Source: Candidatus Methanofrustulum fimipullorum | GTDB lineage: Archaea; Halobacteriota; Methanosarcinia; Methanosarcinales; Methanosarcinaceae | NCBI GenBank assembly: GCA_012518265.1 | Contig: JAAYST010000021.1 | Span: 1 to 32,000, forward strand | Direction: 5' to 3' | DNA length: 32,000 nucleotides | Shown here: positions 24,267-32,000 of the stretch, in pieces | Position numbering within the stretch: position 1 is the first letter of the stretch | How the letters are laid out: every line of letters begins with the position of its first letter | Position numbers and translations under genes: made by a program | Notes under the pieces: generated by a model | What the model saw: the letters and a program-made list of their open reading frames with translations, nothing else | The model's database searches: none | What the model was told of the DNA's origin: nothing

Positions 24267-25895
24267 ATGTTAAAGGAATTAAATAAACACAAGAAAATCG
24301 GGTTTTTAACCGCACTGGTTTTAATATCCGTATTAGTAACGGCAATTCCTGCATATGCCGCAACATGGAATGTTGGTGCAAGCGGAAATTTTGAAAGTAT
24401 AACGGTTGCTCTTGCATCTACCGATGTAAACGATGGAGATATATTGCTTTTGTCAAGCGGAACCCACTTGTACGAAGCTAACATATCTATCGGAAAGTCG
24501 GTAAAAATTCACGGCCAAGGTGCAGAAAATACAATAGTCGATTTAGGAAATAAATCATTCCTTCCCAAAAAAGAAAATATCGAAATTAAAGACATGACTA
24601 TACATAACGGTGCCTTCGGAGTTAATTCTCAAGGAACTTCGAGCGGGCTCGTTGTTGAAAATTGTGTTTTTACCTCTTTAAACCACAAAGACGGTATTAA
24701 ACTTGCAAAAGACAACATAATTTTCAGAAACAACACGGTATCCGACATGTCCGATTTTACGACAATTTTAAACGTCACCGGAAATTTTGTAACTATTGAA
24801 GACAACACTTTTGAAAACAACTCAGGTGCCGGTACTGCGGCAAGAATTATAGCTCTTGAAAACGCATCGAACCCGAAAGTTGTCGGAAATGTTATAAAAG
24901 ACAACAACGCCGAAGGAATAAGACTTTGGAAAGCTGAAACATCGAACGGATTAATCAAAAATAACGTTGTTAACGGAAATACGAAAGGAATCCATCTTTA
25001 TGATACGGGTCCCGGAAACGAAATTTATATGAACGATATTTACGGAAATACGAACGATGTAACATCAAGAGGAACGCTGCCAACCGATATTTCATGGAAT
25101 TCCGAAGAACAATTCAATTACGTATATGAAGGAACAACATACAGTTCAAATTTCGGGAATTATTGGAGCACATCCAATGAAATCAACGATTTGAATAATG
25201 ACGGAATCGGAGATTCCCCGGTAGTTGTTATTGATACACTTCAAGACAATTATCCGTTGAAAAATATGTTTGCAACATACACAATAACGGAAGGAAGCGA
25301 ACCGGAAGTACCTGAAGAACCGGGAGTACCTGAAGAGCCCGAAGTACCTGAGGAACCCGAAGTACCTGAAGAGCCCGAAGTACCTGAGGAACCCGAAGTA
25401 CCTGAAGAGCCCGAAGTACCTGAAGAGCCCGAAGTGCCTGAAGAACCCGAAGTACCTGAAGAACCAGAAGTGCCTGAAGAACCCGAAGTGCCTGAAGAAC
25501 CCGAAGTACCTGAAGAGCCCGAAGAACCCGGAGAATACAACACGTCAGGAGAAATTTCTCTTAATGCTACAATTATGCCCGCAATCGAGGTTACCTTCTC
25601 AACATCGAATATCGACTTTGGAAGAATAAGACCCGGAAGAGAAAGTGCACCTTACGGAGTTGACATTATAAATCACGGAACAGAAGATGTTGTAATTACA
25701 GCAGAAGTTACTGAAGATTCCGATGATATTTTCAAAACCGGACTTTGGATCGATGAAAATATTTGGTCTTCTTACTCTAAAAATATAGGAGCGGAACAGA
25801 CTGAGACTTCATACTTCGTATTGAAAGTTCCGAGGGATTACTCCGGCGTTTCAAACCCGACAGGAAATATAATAATGTGGGTGGACACGGCATAA
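24267..25895 (+). CDS. Secreted right-handed parallel beta-helix (NosD/PbH1-like) surface protein with an acidic EPEVPE linker and a C-terminal domain of unknown function
   Basis: Signal peptide GFLTALVLISVLVTAIPAYAATW. Repeated N-x-I/V beta-helix rungs (IIFRNNTVSD, VTIEDNTFENN, PKVVGNVIKDNN, GLIKNNVVNGN, NEIYMNDIYGN). AGGTGA SD upstream. Confidence 0.85.
   Translation: MLKELNKHKKIGFLTALVLISVLVTAIPAYAATWNVGASGNFESITVALASTDVNDGDILLLSSGTHLYEANISIGKSVKIHGQGAENTIVDLGNKSFLPKKENIEIKDMTIHNGAFGVNSQGTSSGLVVENCVFTSLNHKDGIKLAKDNIIFRNNTVSDMSDFTTILNVTGNFVTIEDNTFENNSGAGTAARIIALENASNPKVVGNVIKDNNAEGIRLWKAETSNGLIKNNVVNGNTKGIHLYDTGPGNEIYMNDIYGNTNDVTSRGTLPTDISWNSEEQFNYVYEGTTYSSNFGNYWSTSNEINDLNNDGIGDSPVVVIDTLQDNYPLKNMFATYTITEGSEPEVPEEPGVPEEPEVPEEPEVPEEPEVPEEPEVPEEPEVPEEPEVPEEPEVPEEPEVPEEPEVPEEPEVPEEPEEPGEYNTSGEISLNATIMPAIEVTFSTSNIDFGRIRPGRESAPYGVDIINHGTEDVVITAEVTEDSDDIFKTGLWIDENIWSSYSKNIGAEQTETSYFVLKVPRDYSGVSNPTGNIIMWVDTA
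25299..25532 (+). repeat. In-frame 18-bp tandem repeat, 12 full copies plus a partial copy, encoding (EPEVPE)n
   Basis: Units GARCCNGRAGTRCCTGAR were counted directly from 25299. The variation is mostly synonymous third-position changes. Confidence 0.95.
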
Positions 25896-26036
25896 TAAGT
25901 ACGCCGATTGTGTAAAACCGGAAAAGCGTAATAAAAATAAGAAAAATAAAAAAAAGAAATAAAAATCATATGAAATTATAAAAATTATAAATATAAAAGG
26001 AGGTGATTATTAATTTACTTTTATTTTTTTTAGTTT

Positions 26037-26774
26037 TTATTTGAAATTTTCATTAGAATTGTTATTGTTAAATTTATAAAAATCACAAAGCTTTTTCAAA
26101 GTACAAATATCGCATTTGGGGGATCTTGCGGAACATATTTCTCTTCCGTGTTTTATAAACAGATAATTTATGTCTTTCCAATGTTCTTCGGAAAAAAGGT
26201 TCATTAAATCTATTTCAATCAATCCGGCATCATTTTTGTCGGTAAATCCAAAGCGTTTTGAAAGTCTTGCAACGTGCGTATCAACTGCAATTCCTTCCAC
26301 GTGTCCGAAACCTTGATTTAAAACGATATTGGCCGTTTTTCTTCCGACTCCGGAAAGAGTTAACAAGTCTTCCATTGAGCACGGCACAACACCTCCGTAA
26401 AACTCGCAAAGCATTTCTGATGTTTTAATTATGTTTTTGGATTTCGTTTTGTAAAAGCCGGTAGGTCTTATTATTTGCTCAAGTTCAGCTTGGTCGGCCA
26501 AAGCCAAATCGTAAGGTGTGGGATATGTATCAAATAAAACGTCTCTTACGGAATTTACGTTTGCGTCAGTTGTTTGAGCGGAAAGAATAGTCATAATAAG
26601 AAGTTCGAAATTATTTCTGAAAGATAAAAAGTTCATATCTTTATCGGAATGAGGATATAATTTGTTCAATTCGTTAATAATTTCCAATGCACGCTTTCGT
26701 TTAGAAGCAGGAATTTTCGCCTCGGTTTTTTGATTTTTAAGTGATTGATTTTTATTAGATGATTTTGAATTCAT
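26037..26774 (-). CDS. nth: Endonuclease III (DNA glycosylase/AP lyase)
   Basis: HhH-GPD element LSGVGRKTANIVL, VDTHVARL, and a C-terminal Cx6Cx2Cx5C cluster (CSARSPKCDICTLKKLC). ATG 26774 is preferred over the track's GTG 26783. Confidence 0.9.
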   Translation of the reverse strand: MNSKSSNKNQSLKNQKTEAKIPASKRKRALEIINELNKLYPHSDKDMNFLSFRNNFELLIMTILSAQTTDANVNSVRDVLFDTYPTPYDLALADQAELEQIIRPTGFYKTKSKNIIKTSEMLCEFYGGVVPCSMEDLLTLSGVGRKTANIVLNQGFGHVEGIAVDTHVARLSKRFGFTDKNDAGLIEIDLMNLFSEEHWKDINYLFIKHGREICSARSPKCDICTLKKLCDFYKFNNNNSNENFK

Positions 26775-26830
26775 GAACAACACGTTTTAGTTATATTTAT
26801 TTAACAATCGGAATACAATCATAAAAAAAA

Positions 26831-26896
26831 TTATGAATCATAAAACATTATGAATTATAAAAAAATATGAATCATAAAAAATTATGAATCATGAAA
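26831..26896. repeat. Four tandem 17-bp units, each containing the near-palindrome ATGAATCAT
   Basis: TTATGAATCATAAAA at 26831, TTATGAATTATAAAA at 26848, ATATGAATCATAAAA at 26865, TTATGAATCATGAAA at 26882. The period is exactly 17. The array lies between the rnhB stop and the nth start. Confidence 0.85.
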
Positions 26897-26906
26897 AATT
26901 AAAAGG

Positions 26907-27599
26907 TCACTGCATATCGATAAATAAATTATCTTCAAACGGGATAATGTTTGATGCCGTTTTCCAAGATTTGCGAACAAAATCGGGAAATTCGTTGTGT
27001 TCTTTTGCCCAGTCCGATAAAAAACTTTTTGTTTTGGGGTCTGACGGATAACCGCTCCCGAAGTCTACATTCTCTTTAACTTTGATTTCTTCTATAATTT
27101 CGTCACGTCTCACTTTGGCAATGATTGATGCTGCTGAAACTGCAATATTTAGTGAATCGGCCCTGTGCTTTGCTGAAAAATTTATTTTGGAAAAATTCTC
27201 ATTTTCAATTTTTTCGTTTAAGTTTTTTAAATATTCTTGCCGTACTTTAATTGCGAAACGGGATTCATAAACGTCTGCCGCATCCATATATACATAATTA
27301 AAATCGCTTGAGATATTTTGAAGCACTTTTGCAAAACACATAACCATTATATCATTCATAGTCATAATTTTTCTAAGTTCGTCAATTTGAGAAGCGCAGA
27401 CTTCAAGAATAGTATATTCATTTACATATTTTTTTATTTGATACGAAAGTTGTTCCCTTTTTTTCGCAGACAGTTTTTTGGAATCGTCTACTCCCAAAAT
27501 ACGTAGACGCCTTTCCGCATCGTCGTCGATACAAACGCCCGCAACACATAACGGACCTATTACCGGACCTTTGCCTGCTTCATCAATTCCCACTTGCAT
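26907..27599 (-). CDS. rnhB: Ribonuclease HII
   Basis: N-terminal GIDEAGKGPVIGPLCVAGV, DDSKKLS and SIIAKVRRD are typical of RNase HII. Confidence 0.9.
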   Translation of the reverse strand: MQVGIDEAGKGPVIGPLCVAGVCIDDDAERRLRILGVDDSKKLSAKKREQLSYQIKKYVNEYTILEVCASQIDELRKIMTMNDIMVMCFAKVLQNISSDFNYVYMDAADVYESRFAIKVRQEYLKNLNEKIENENFSKINFSAKHRADSLNIAVSAASIIAKVRRDEIIEEIKVKENVDFGSGYPSDPKTKSFLSDWAKEHNEFPDFVRKSWKTASNIIPFEDNLFIDMQ

Positions 27600-27810
27600 T
27601 AAAACACCGAGATTTATGTATTATATTAATGTTAAGTATTAACTATTAATTCTACTTAATTAAATCTATTTATTTTACAGGATAAAAATAAACAGATTAA
27701 AATAGTGCTTTAAATATTAGATTACGTCTATTTATTAAAAATGCAAAAAGCTTAATATAAATATAATTGATTTATACAATCAATGAATTATAGAAAAGGA
27801 TTGATAATTA

Positions 27811-28737
27811 ATGATTACATGCTCGGCTCCCGGTAAAATTTTTTTATTCGGTGAACACTCCGTAGTCTACGGAAAAGCGGCGATAGCATGTGCAATTGAC
27901 AAACGGGTAAGTGCAACTCTTGTGCCTTGTTCGTCTGTCAAAATAAAAATTGCGGGCCAATATAAACCTGTTAATCCTAAAAAAAATCCATATGTTGCAG
28001 GTGCAATTTACGAAATGAACAAAATTGCCGAACTGCCGGGATTTTGTATAGATATTAATTCCGAACTTCCGTCCGGGGCGGGTTTGGGTTCTTCCTCCGC
28101 TGTAACGGTAGCAACAATAAAGTCTTTAGACGTTTTGGCAGATACGAAATTGTCTTTAAAAGAAATTGCGGAAATGAGCCACAAAATAGAAACGAACGTA
28201 CAAGGAAAAGCAAGTCCGACCGATACGTTTGTATCTACGTTCGGCGGCTCGGTAAAAATTCCCGAAAAAGTTCATATCGATTTTTTCGATGCGAAAATAG
28301 TAATAGGAAACACGGGAAAATTTGCATCAACCACAAATTTAGTTTCAGACGTTTATGAACTTATGTCAAAACATCCGGACTCCGTAAACTGCATAATGGA
28401 CGCAATGGATCGCGTTTCACGCGATGGAGAAATAGAGATTCAAAAAAAGGATTATAAAAAAATCGGGGAATTAATGAATATAAACCAAGGATTATTGAAT
28501 TCAATCGGAGTTTCAACAGTTCAACTTGAAAATTTAATATGGGCGGCACGAAACAGCGGTGCATACGGCGCAAAGCTGACGGGAGCAGGCGGTGGAGGTT
28601 GCATGATTGCTTTATGTGATGAAAATAATATCCAAAAAGTGGTCAACGCAATAAAAAAAGCCGGAGGAGACCCGTTTGTTTGTAATACGACAAAAGAAGG
28701 AGTTCGTGTCGATAAAAACAATGTTAATCCGGAATAA
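27811..28737 (+). CDS. mvk: Mevalonate kinase
   Basis: APGKIFLFGEHSVVYG N-terminus, GHMP kinase motif PSGAGLGSSSA, and C-terminal KLTGAGGGGCMIAL. Confidence 0.9.
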   Translation: MITCSAPGKIFLFGEHSVVYGKAAIACAIDKRVSATLVPCSSVKIKIAGQYKPVNPKKNPYVAGAIYEMNKIAELPGFCIDINSELPSGAGLGSSSAVTVATIKSLDVLADTKLSLKEIAEMSHKIETNVQGKASPTDTFVSTFGGSVKIPEKVHIDFFDAKIVIGNTGKFASTTNLVSDVYELMSKHPDSVNCIMDAMDRVSRDGEIEIQKKDYKKIGELMNINQGLLNSIGVSTVQLENLIWAARNSGAYGAKLTGAGGGGCMIALCDENNIQKVVNAIKKAGGDPFVCNTTKEGVRVDKNNVNPE

Positions 28738-28813
28738 AATAATACGATTTAATCCGGAAAATATAAAACGATATAAATTAAAACGAGATAAATGCGGGAA
28801 ATATACAGGAAAA

Positions 28814-29605
28814 ATGATTATGTCTTTAGAAAATAATATTACTGTTTTAAAAATCGGCGGCAGTGCTGTTACAGACAAGTCGGACAAATCCGGATTTTTT
28901 AAGTCGGACGAGATGAAAAGAATTGCAAAAGAAATTGCAATGTCTGAAGATTCTCTTAAAAACGGATTAATAATCGTACACGGAGCCGGTTCTTACGGTC
29001 ATACTCATGCAAAAGAATACGGATTGGATAAAGCATTTGATGCCGAAGGAATTATGATAACTCACGACTCCGTTAGAAAATTAAATGAATTTATCGTAAG
29101 CGAGCTCAGAAATGAAGGAATAAAAGCAATCCCGCTCAATCCTTTTGCATTTTCGGTGTGTTCCGACGGAAGGCTTACAGAGATGTTTACTAACCAAATT
29201 AAATTGATGGTAAAACACGGACTGGTGCCCGTTCTTCACGGTGATGTATGTATGGATGAAAAGCGGGGAATTTGCATTTTATCAGGAGATCAGTCGCTTC
29301 CGTATATAGCCGCCGTTTCCGGTGCAAAAAATGTAGGCTTGAGTTCTGCAACCGACGGGGTTTTGGACGGTCATGGAAAAGTAATTAAAGAAATAAATTC
29401 TGAAAATTTTGAATATTACAAACAATTTATAGGCGGATCTGCAGGAACCGATGTTACGGGCGGAATGCTCGGAAAAGTTAAAGAAATGCTTATGCTTGCA
29501 GAAGATTATAAAATTGAATCGTGCATATTTAATGCAAATACTCCGGGAAATATTCAAAAATATTTAAGCGGGGAAGAATTGGGAACAAAAATATCATACA
29601 AATGA
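28814..29605 (+). CDS. ipk: Isopentenyl phosphate kinase
   Basis: Amino-acid-kinase fold motifs KIGGSAVTDK and HGAGSYGH, plus position between mvk and idi2. ATG 28814 (AGGA upstream) is preferred over the track start 28676, which overlaps mvk. Confidence 0.85.
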   Translation: MIMSLENNITVLKIGGSAVTDKSDKSGFFKSDEMKRIAKEIAMSEDSLKNGLIIVHGAGSYGHTHAKEYGLDKAFDAEGIMITHDSVRKLNEFIVSELRNEGIKAIPLNPFAFSVCSDGRLTEMFTNQIKLMVKHGLVPVLHGDVCMDEKRGICILSGDQSLPYIAAVSGAKNVGLSSATDGVLDGHGKVIKEINSENFEYYKQFIGGSAGTDVTGGMLGKVKEMLMLAEDYKIESCIFNANTPGNIQKYLSGEELGTKISYK

Positions 29606-29698
29606 TAATGTGCAAATAGCATGCATAACATGCAAATGATAAGAATATATTAAAATTACTAATTTATGTGAAAATTTATTTATAAGGAGATTGGCATT

Positions 29699-30793
29699 AT
29701 GGATGATGAAACATCTATACGAAAAATTGAACATTTAAAGCTTTGTGCAAATGAAAATGTAGAATCATTGTATGTAAGTGCTGGTTTTGACGACATAATG
29801 CTTGTCCACCGCGCACTTCCGGAAATGGATATGGATGAAATTGATATGTCGTTTCATCTTTTCAGAAAGAAATTGTCTTTTCCGTTTATGATTGCGTCAA
29901 TGACGGGAGGACATGCGGATACGACACCTATAAATGCCGCTTTGGCTGAAGCTGCCGAAGAGATGAGAATAGGAATCGGTGTTGGAAGCCAAAGAGCTGC
30001 AATTGACGATAAAAAACAAATAGAATCGTTTAGAACCGTTCGAGATAAAGCGCCGTCCACTCTTGTTTATGCAAACATAGGTGCTGCACAGTTAAGAGAG
30101 TACGGAATAGCAAAAGTGGAAGAGGCTGTCGAAATGATTGATGCCGACGCATTGGCGATTCATTTAAACTTTTTACAGGAAGCAATACAGCCGGAGGGAG
30201 ATGTGGACGCAACCGGTTGTCTTGATATGATTCGAGAGATTTCGAACAGTTTGAAAGTGCCTGTTTTTGCAAAAGAAACCGGTGCGGGAATTTCAAGAGA
30301 AGATGCTCTGGCTCTTGTAAAAGCAGGCGTTAGCGCAATCGATGTTGGTGGAGTTGGCGGAACCAGTTGGGCAGGTGTCGAAGTTTACAGAGCCGAACAA
30401 AGCGGAGACGAAATGAGAGAACATTTAGGAAAGTTGTTCTGGGATTACGGAATTCCGACCGCTGCGAGTATAGTTGAGTGTAAAGTGTCGGTTCCAGTAA
30501 TTGCAACAGGCGGAATCAGAAACGGACTCGATGTTGCAAAATCAATTGCATTGGGAGCATCTGTTGCAAGTGCTGCTCTGCCTTTTGTAAAACCTGCGTT
30601 TGAAGGAAAAGACAGCGTAATTAAAGAATTGAATATCGTAAAAAGAGAATTGCAAACAGCTATGTTTCTATCGGGCTGTGAAACGATTGAGGAGTTGGCA
30701 AACGCTCCGATCGTTATTACGGGAAAAACTATGGAATTTTTATCTCAGAGAGGATATAATTTAAAAGACTACTCTGTGAAAGATATGTTATAA
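29699..30793 (+). CDS. fni: Type 2 (FMN-dependent) isopentenyl-diphosphate delta-isomerase
   Basis: Motifs SMTGG, GVGSQR, KETGAG, GGTSWA and ATGGIRNG. AAGGAG SD upstream. Confidence 0.9.
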   Translation: MDDETSIRKIEHLKLCANENVESLYVSAGFDDIMLVHRALPEMDMDEIDMSFHLFRKKLSFPFMIASMTGGHADTTPINAALAEAAEEMRIGIGVGSQRAAIDDKKQIESFRTVRDKAPSTLVYANIGAAQLREYGIAKVEEAVEMIDADALAIHLNFLQEAIQPEGDVDATGCLDMIREISNSLKVPVFAKETGAGISREDALALVKAGVSAIDVGGVGGTSWAGVEVYRAEQSGDEMREHLGKLFWDYGIPTAASIVECKVSVPVIATGGIRNGLDVAKSIALGASVASAALPFVKPAFEGKDSVIKELNIVKRELQTAMFLSGCETIEELANAPIVITGKTMEFLSQRGYNLKDYSVKDML

Positions 30794-30883
30794 ATTTTAA
30801 CAATTATAATTAAAAATGGTTTAAAAAATCAATGTTTAGAATCAATGTTTTAAATAGAATTTTAAAAACAATGGAGAAATGAT

Positions 30884-32000
30884 ATGGAAGAGATAGGAAT
30901 TATTGCCGTTGGCGGCTATAATGAAATGGGCCGTAATATGACGGCTGTCGTATATAAAGAAGATATTGTAATATTAGATATGGGATTGCGTTTGGATCGT
31001 GTTCAAATTCACGAAGATGCCGATATTGACAGAATGCATTCACTCGAATTAATAGAAATGGGTGCAATTCCGGATGACACTATAATGAGAGACATAAACG
31101 GGACGGTTCGAGCAATAGTATGTACTCACGGGCATTTGGACCACATAGGTGCAATTCCGAAACTTGCACACAGATACAAAGCACCGATTATATCTACACC
31201 GTATACAACCGCTTTGATTCGTCAACAAATAATGGACGAAAAAAAGTTTAAAGTGGCAAATCAACTGATTTCACTTGAAGGCGGCGGAATTTTCGATATT
31301 ACGGACGAAATCCAAGTGGAATTTATACCGATTCCGCACAGCATAGTAGATTGTGTAATTGCCGTAATTCATACACCGGTCGGATCTGTAATGTACGCTT
31401 GCGACTTTAAACTCGACAGAACGCCGACACTCGGAGAGTCGCCCGACTTTGAAGATTTGAAAAGGCTTGGAAGAGAAGGGATTTTGACTTTGATTACCGA
31501 GACTACAAACTGCGAACGCTCAGGAAAAACTCCGTCTGAAACGATAGCAAAAGATTTGTTAAGAGACGTTTTGCTCGGAACGGAAGAATCGAATGCAGGT
31601 ATGATCGTAACAACTTTTGCTTCTCACATTGCGCGCTTGAATGCCATTATCGAAATTTCCGAAGAAATGGGAAGAATTCCTGTATTTATGGGTCGTTCCA
31701 TGGAAAAATACTTAAAAGCCGCAGCTGAACTAGGACATATAAACTTGCCGGATTTCGTTGAAATTTACGGAAACAGAAAAGAGATTAACAGAGCATTTAA
31801 AAAGATAATGGATGGAGGAAAAGAAAAGTATTTGCCTGTTGTAACCGGACATCAAGGAGAACCCGGGTCAACTCTTGTCAGAATTGCAAACGGCGAGACG
31901 CCGTATGTAGTAGAAAAAGGAGACCGTGTTATATTTTCGGCAAACGTAATTCCGAGTCCCATGCCGCAAGCAAACAGATACGCTCTTGAAACAAAACTGA
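30884..32000 (+). CDS. rnj: Archaeal RNase J-like beta-CASP metallo-beta-lactamase ribonuclease (3' end cut by the window edge)
   Basis: Not in the ORF track because it has no stop in the window. I translated it by hand from ATG 30884 (GGAG 7 nt upstream) and found no stop through 32000. N-terminal IIAVGGYNEMGRNMT, metal motif CTHGHLDHIG, and a later TGHQGEPGS. Confidence 0.85.
   Translation, partial: MEEIGIIAVGGYNEMGRNMTAVVYKEDIVILDMGLRLDRVQIHEDADIDRMHSLELIEMGAIPDDTIMRDINGTVRAIVCTHGHLDHIGAIPKLAHRYKAPIISTPYTTALIRQQIMDEKKFKVANQLISLEGGGIFDITDEIQVEFIPIPHSIVDCVIAVIHTPVGSVMYACDFKLDRTPTLGESPDFEDLKRLGREGILTLITETTNCERSGKTPSETIAKDLLRDVLLGTEESNAGMIVTTFASHIARLNAIIEISEEMGRIPVFMGRSMEKYLKAAAELGHINLPDFVEIYGNRKEINRAFKKIMDGGKEKYLPVVTGHQGEPGSTLVRIANGETPYVVEKGDRVIFSANVIPSPMPQANRYALETKL

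Noticed and set aside
25250-25543. 97-aa minus-strand (SGTSGS)n ORF
   Set aside because: It is the mirror image of the EPEVPE repeat on the coding strand. The plus-strand gene has a signal peptide, SD and flanking domains.

Overview
This is an AT-rich chromosomal segment from a methanogenic archaeon. Supporting gene content: archaeal-type AlaRS, F420-reducing hydrogenase frhADGB, acetyl-CoA decarbonylase/synthase (ACDS) subunits, the archaeal mevalonate-pathway cluster mvk-ipk-idi2, and an archaeal RNase J. Most genes are preceded by GGTGAT/GGAGG-type Shine-Dalgarno (SD) motifs. I support about 27 CDS: feoA-feoB plus a small Cys-rich membrane protein; a 161-aa hypothetical; alaS; a YhbY/CRM RNA-binding protein; cdhC-cdhD-cdhE; two ORFans (one secreted, one membrane); frhADGB; a SulP/STAS transporter; pstSCAB; a beta-helix surface protein with an EPEVPE repeat; nth; rnhB; mvk; ipk; idi2; and a 3'-truncated RNase J. 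I saw no rRNA, tRNA, CRISPR array, transposase or integrase. Most of the window is housekeeping. The main anomaly is an orphan cdhCDE cluster with no cdhA, cdhB or Ni-insertion gene beside it. Its beta subunit keeps the four [4Fe-4S] cysteines of the A-cluster at exactly canonical spacing but has Gly-Ala-Ser where the Cys-Gly-Cys Ni ligands belong. Its gamma subunit has no cysteine where its N-terminal Fe-S motif should be. All three ORFs are nevertheless intact and tightly coupled, so this is either a repurposed corrinoid/methyl-transfer module or an early stage of decay. Other points: an A8 tract just after a start codon separates a signal peptide from its secreted protein; FeoB carries a 9-Cys insertion built on a 24-bp tandem duplication; several promoter-region repeat arrays and inverted repeats are present. 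All calls come from reading the sequence and from remembered family motifs. No searches or statistics were run, and start codons are best guesses.
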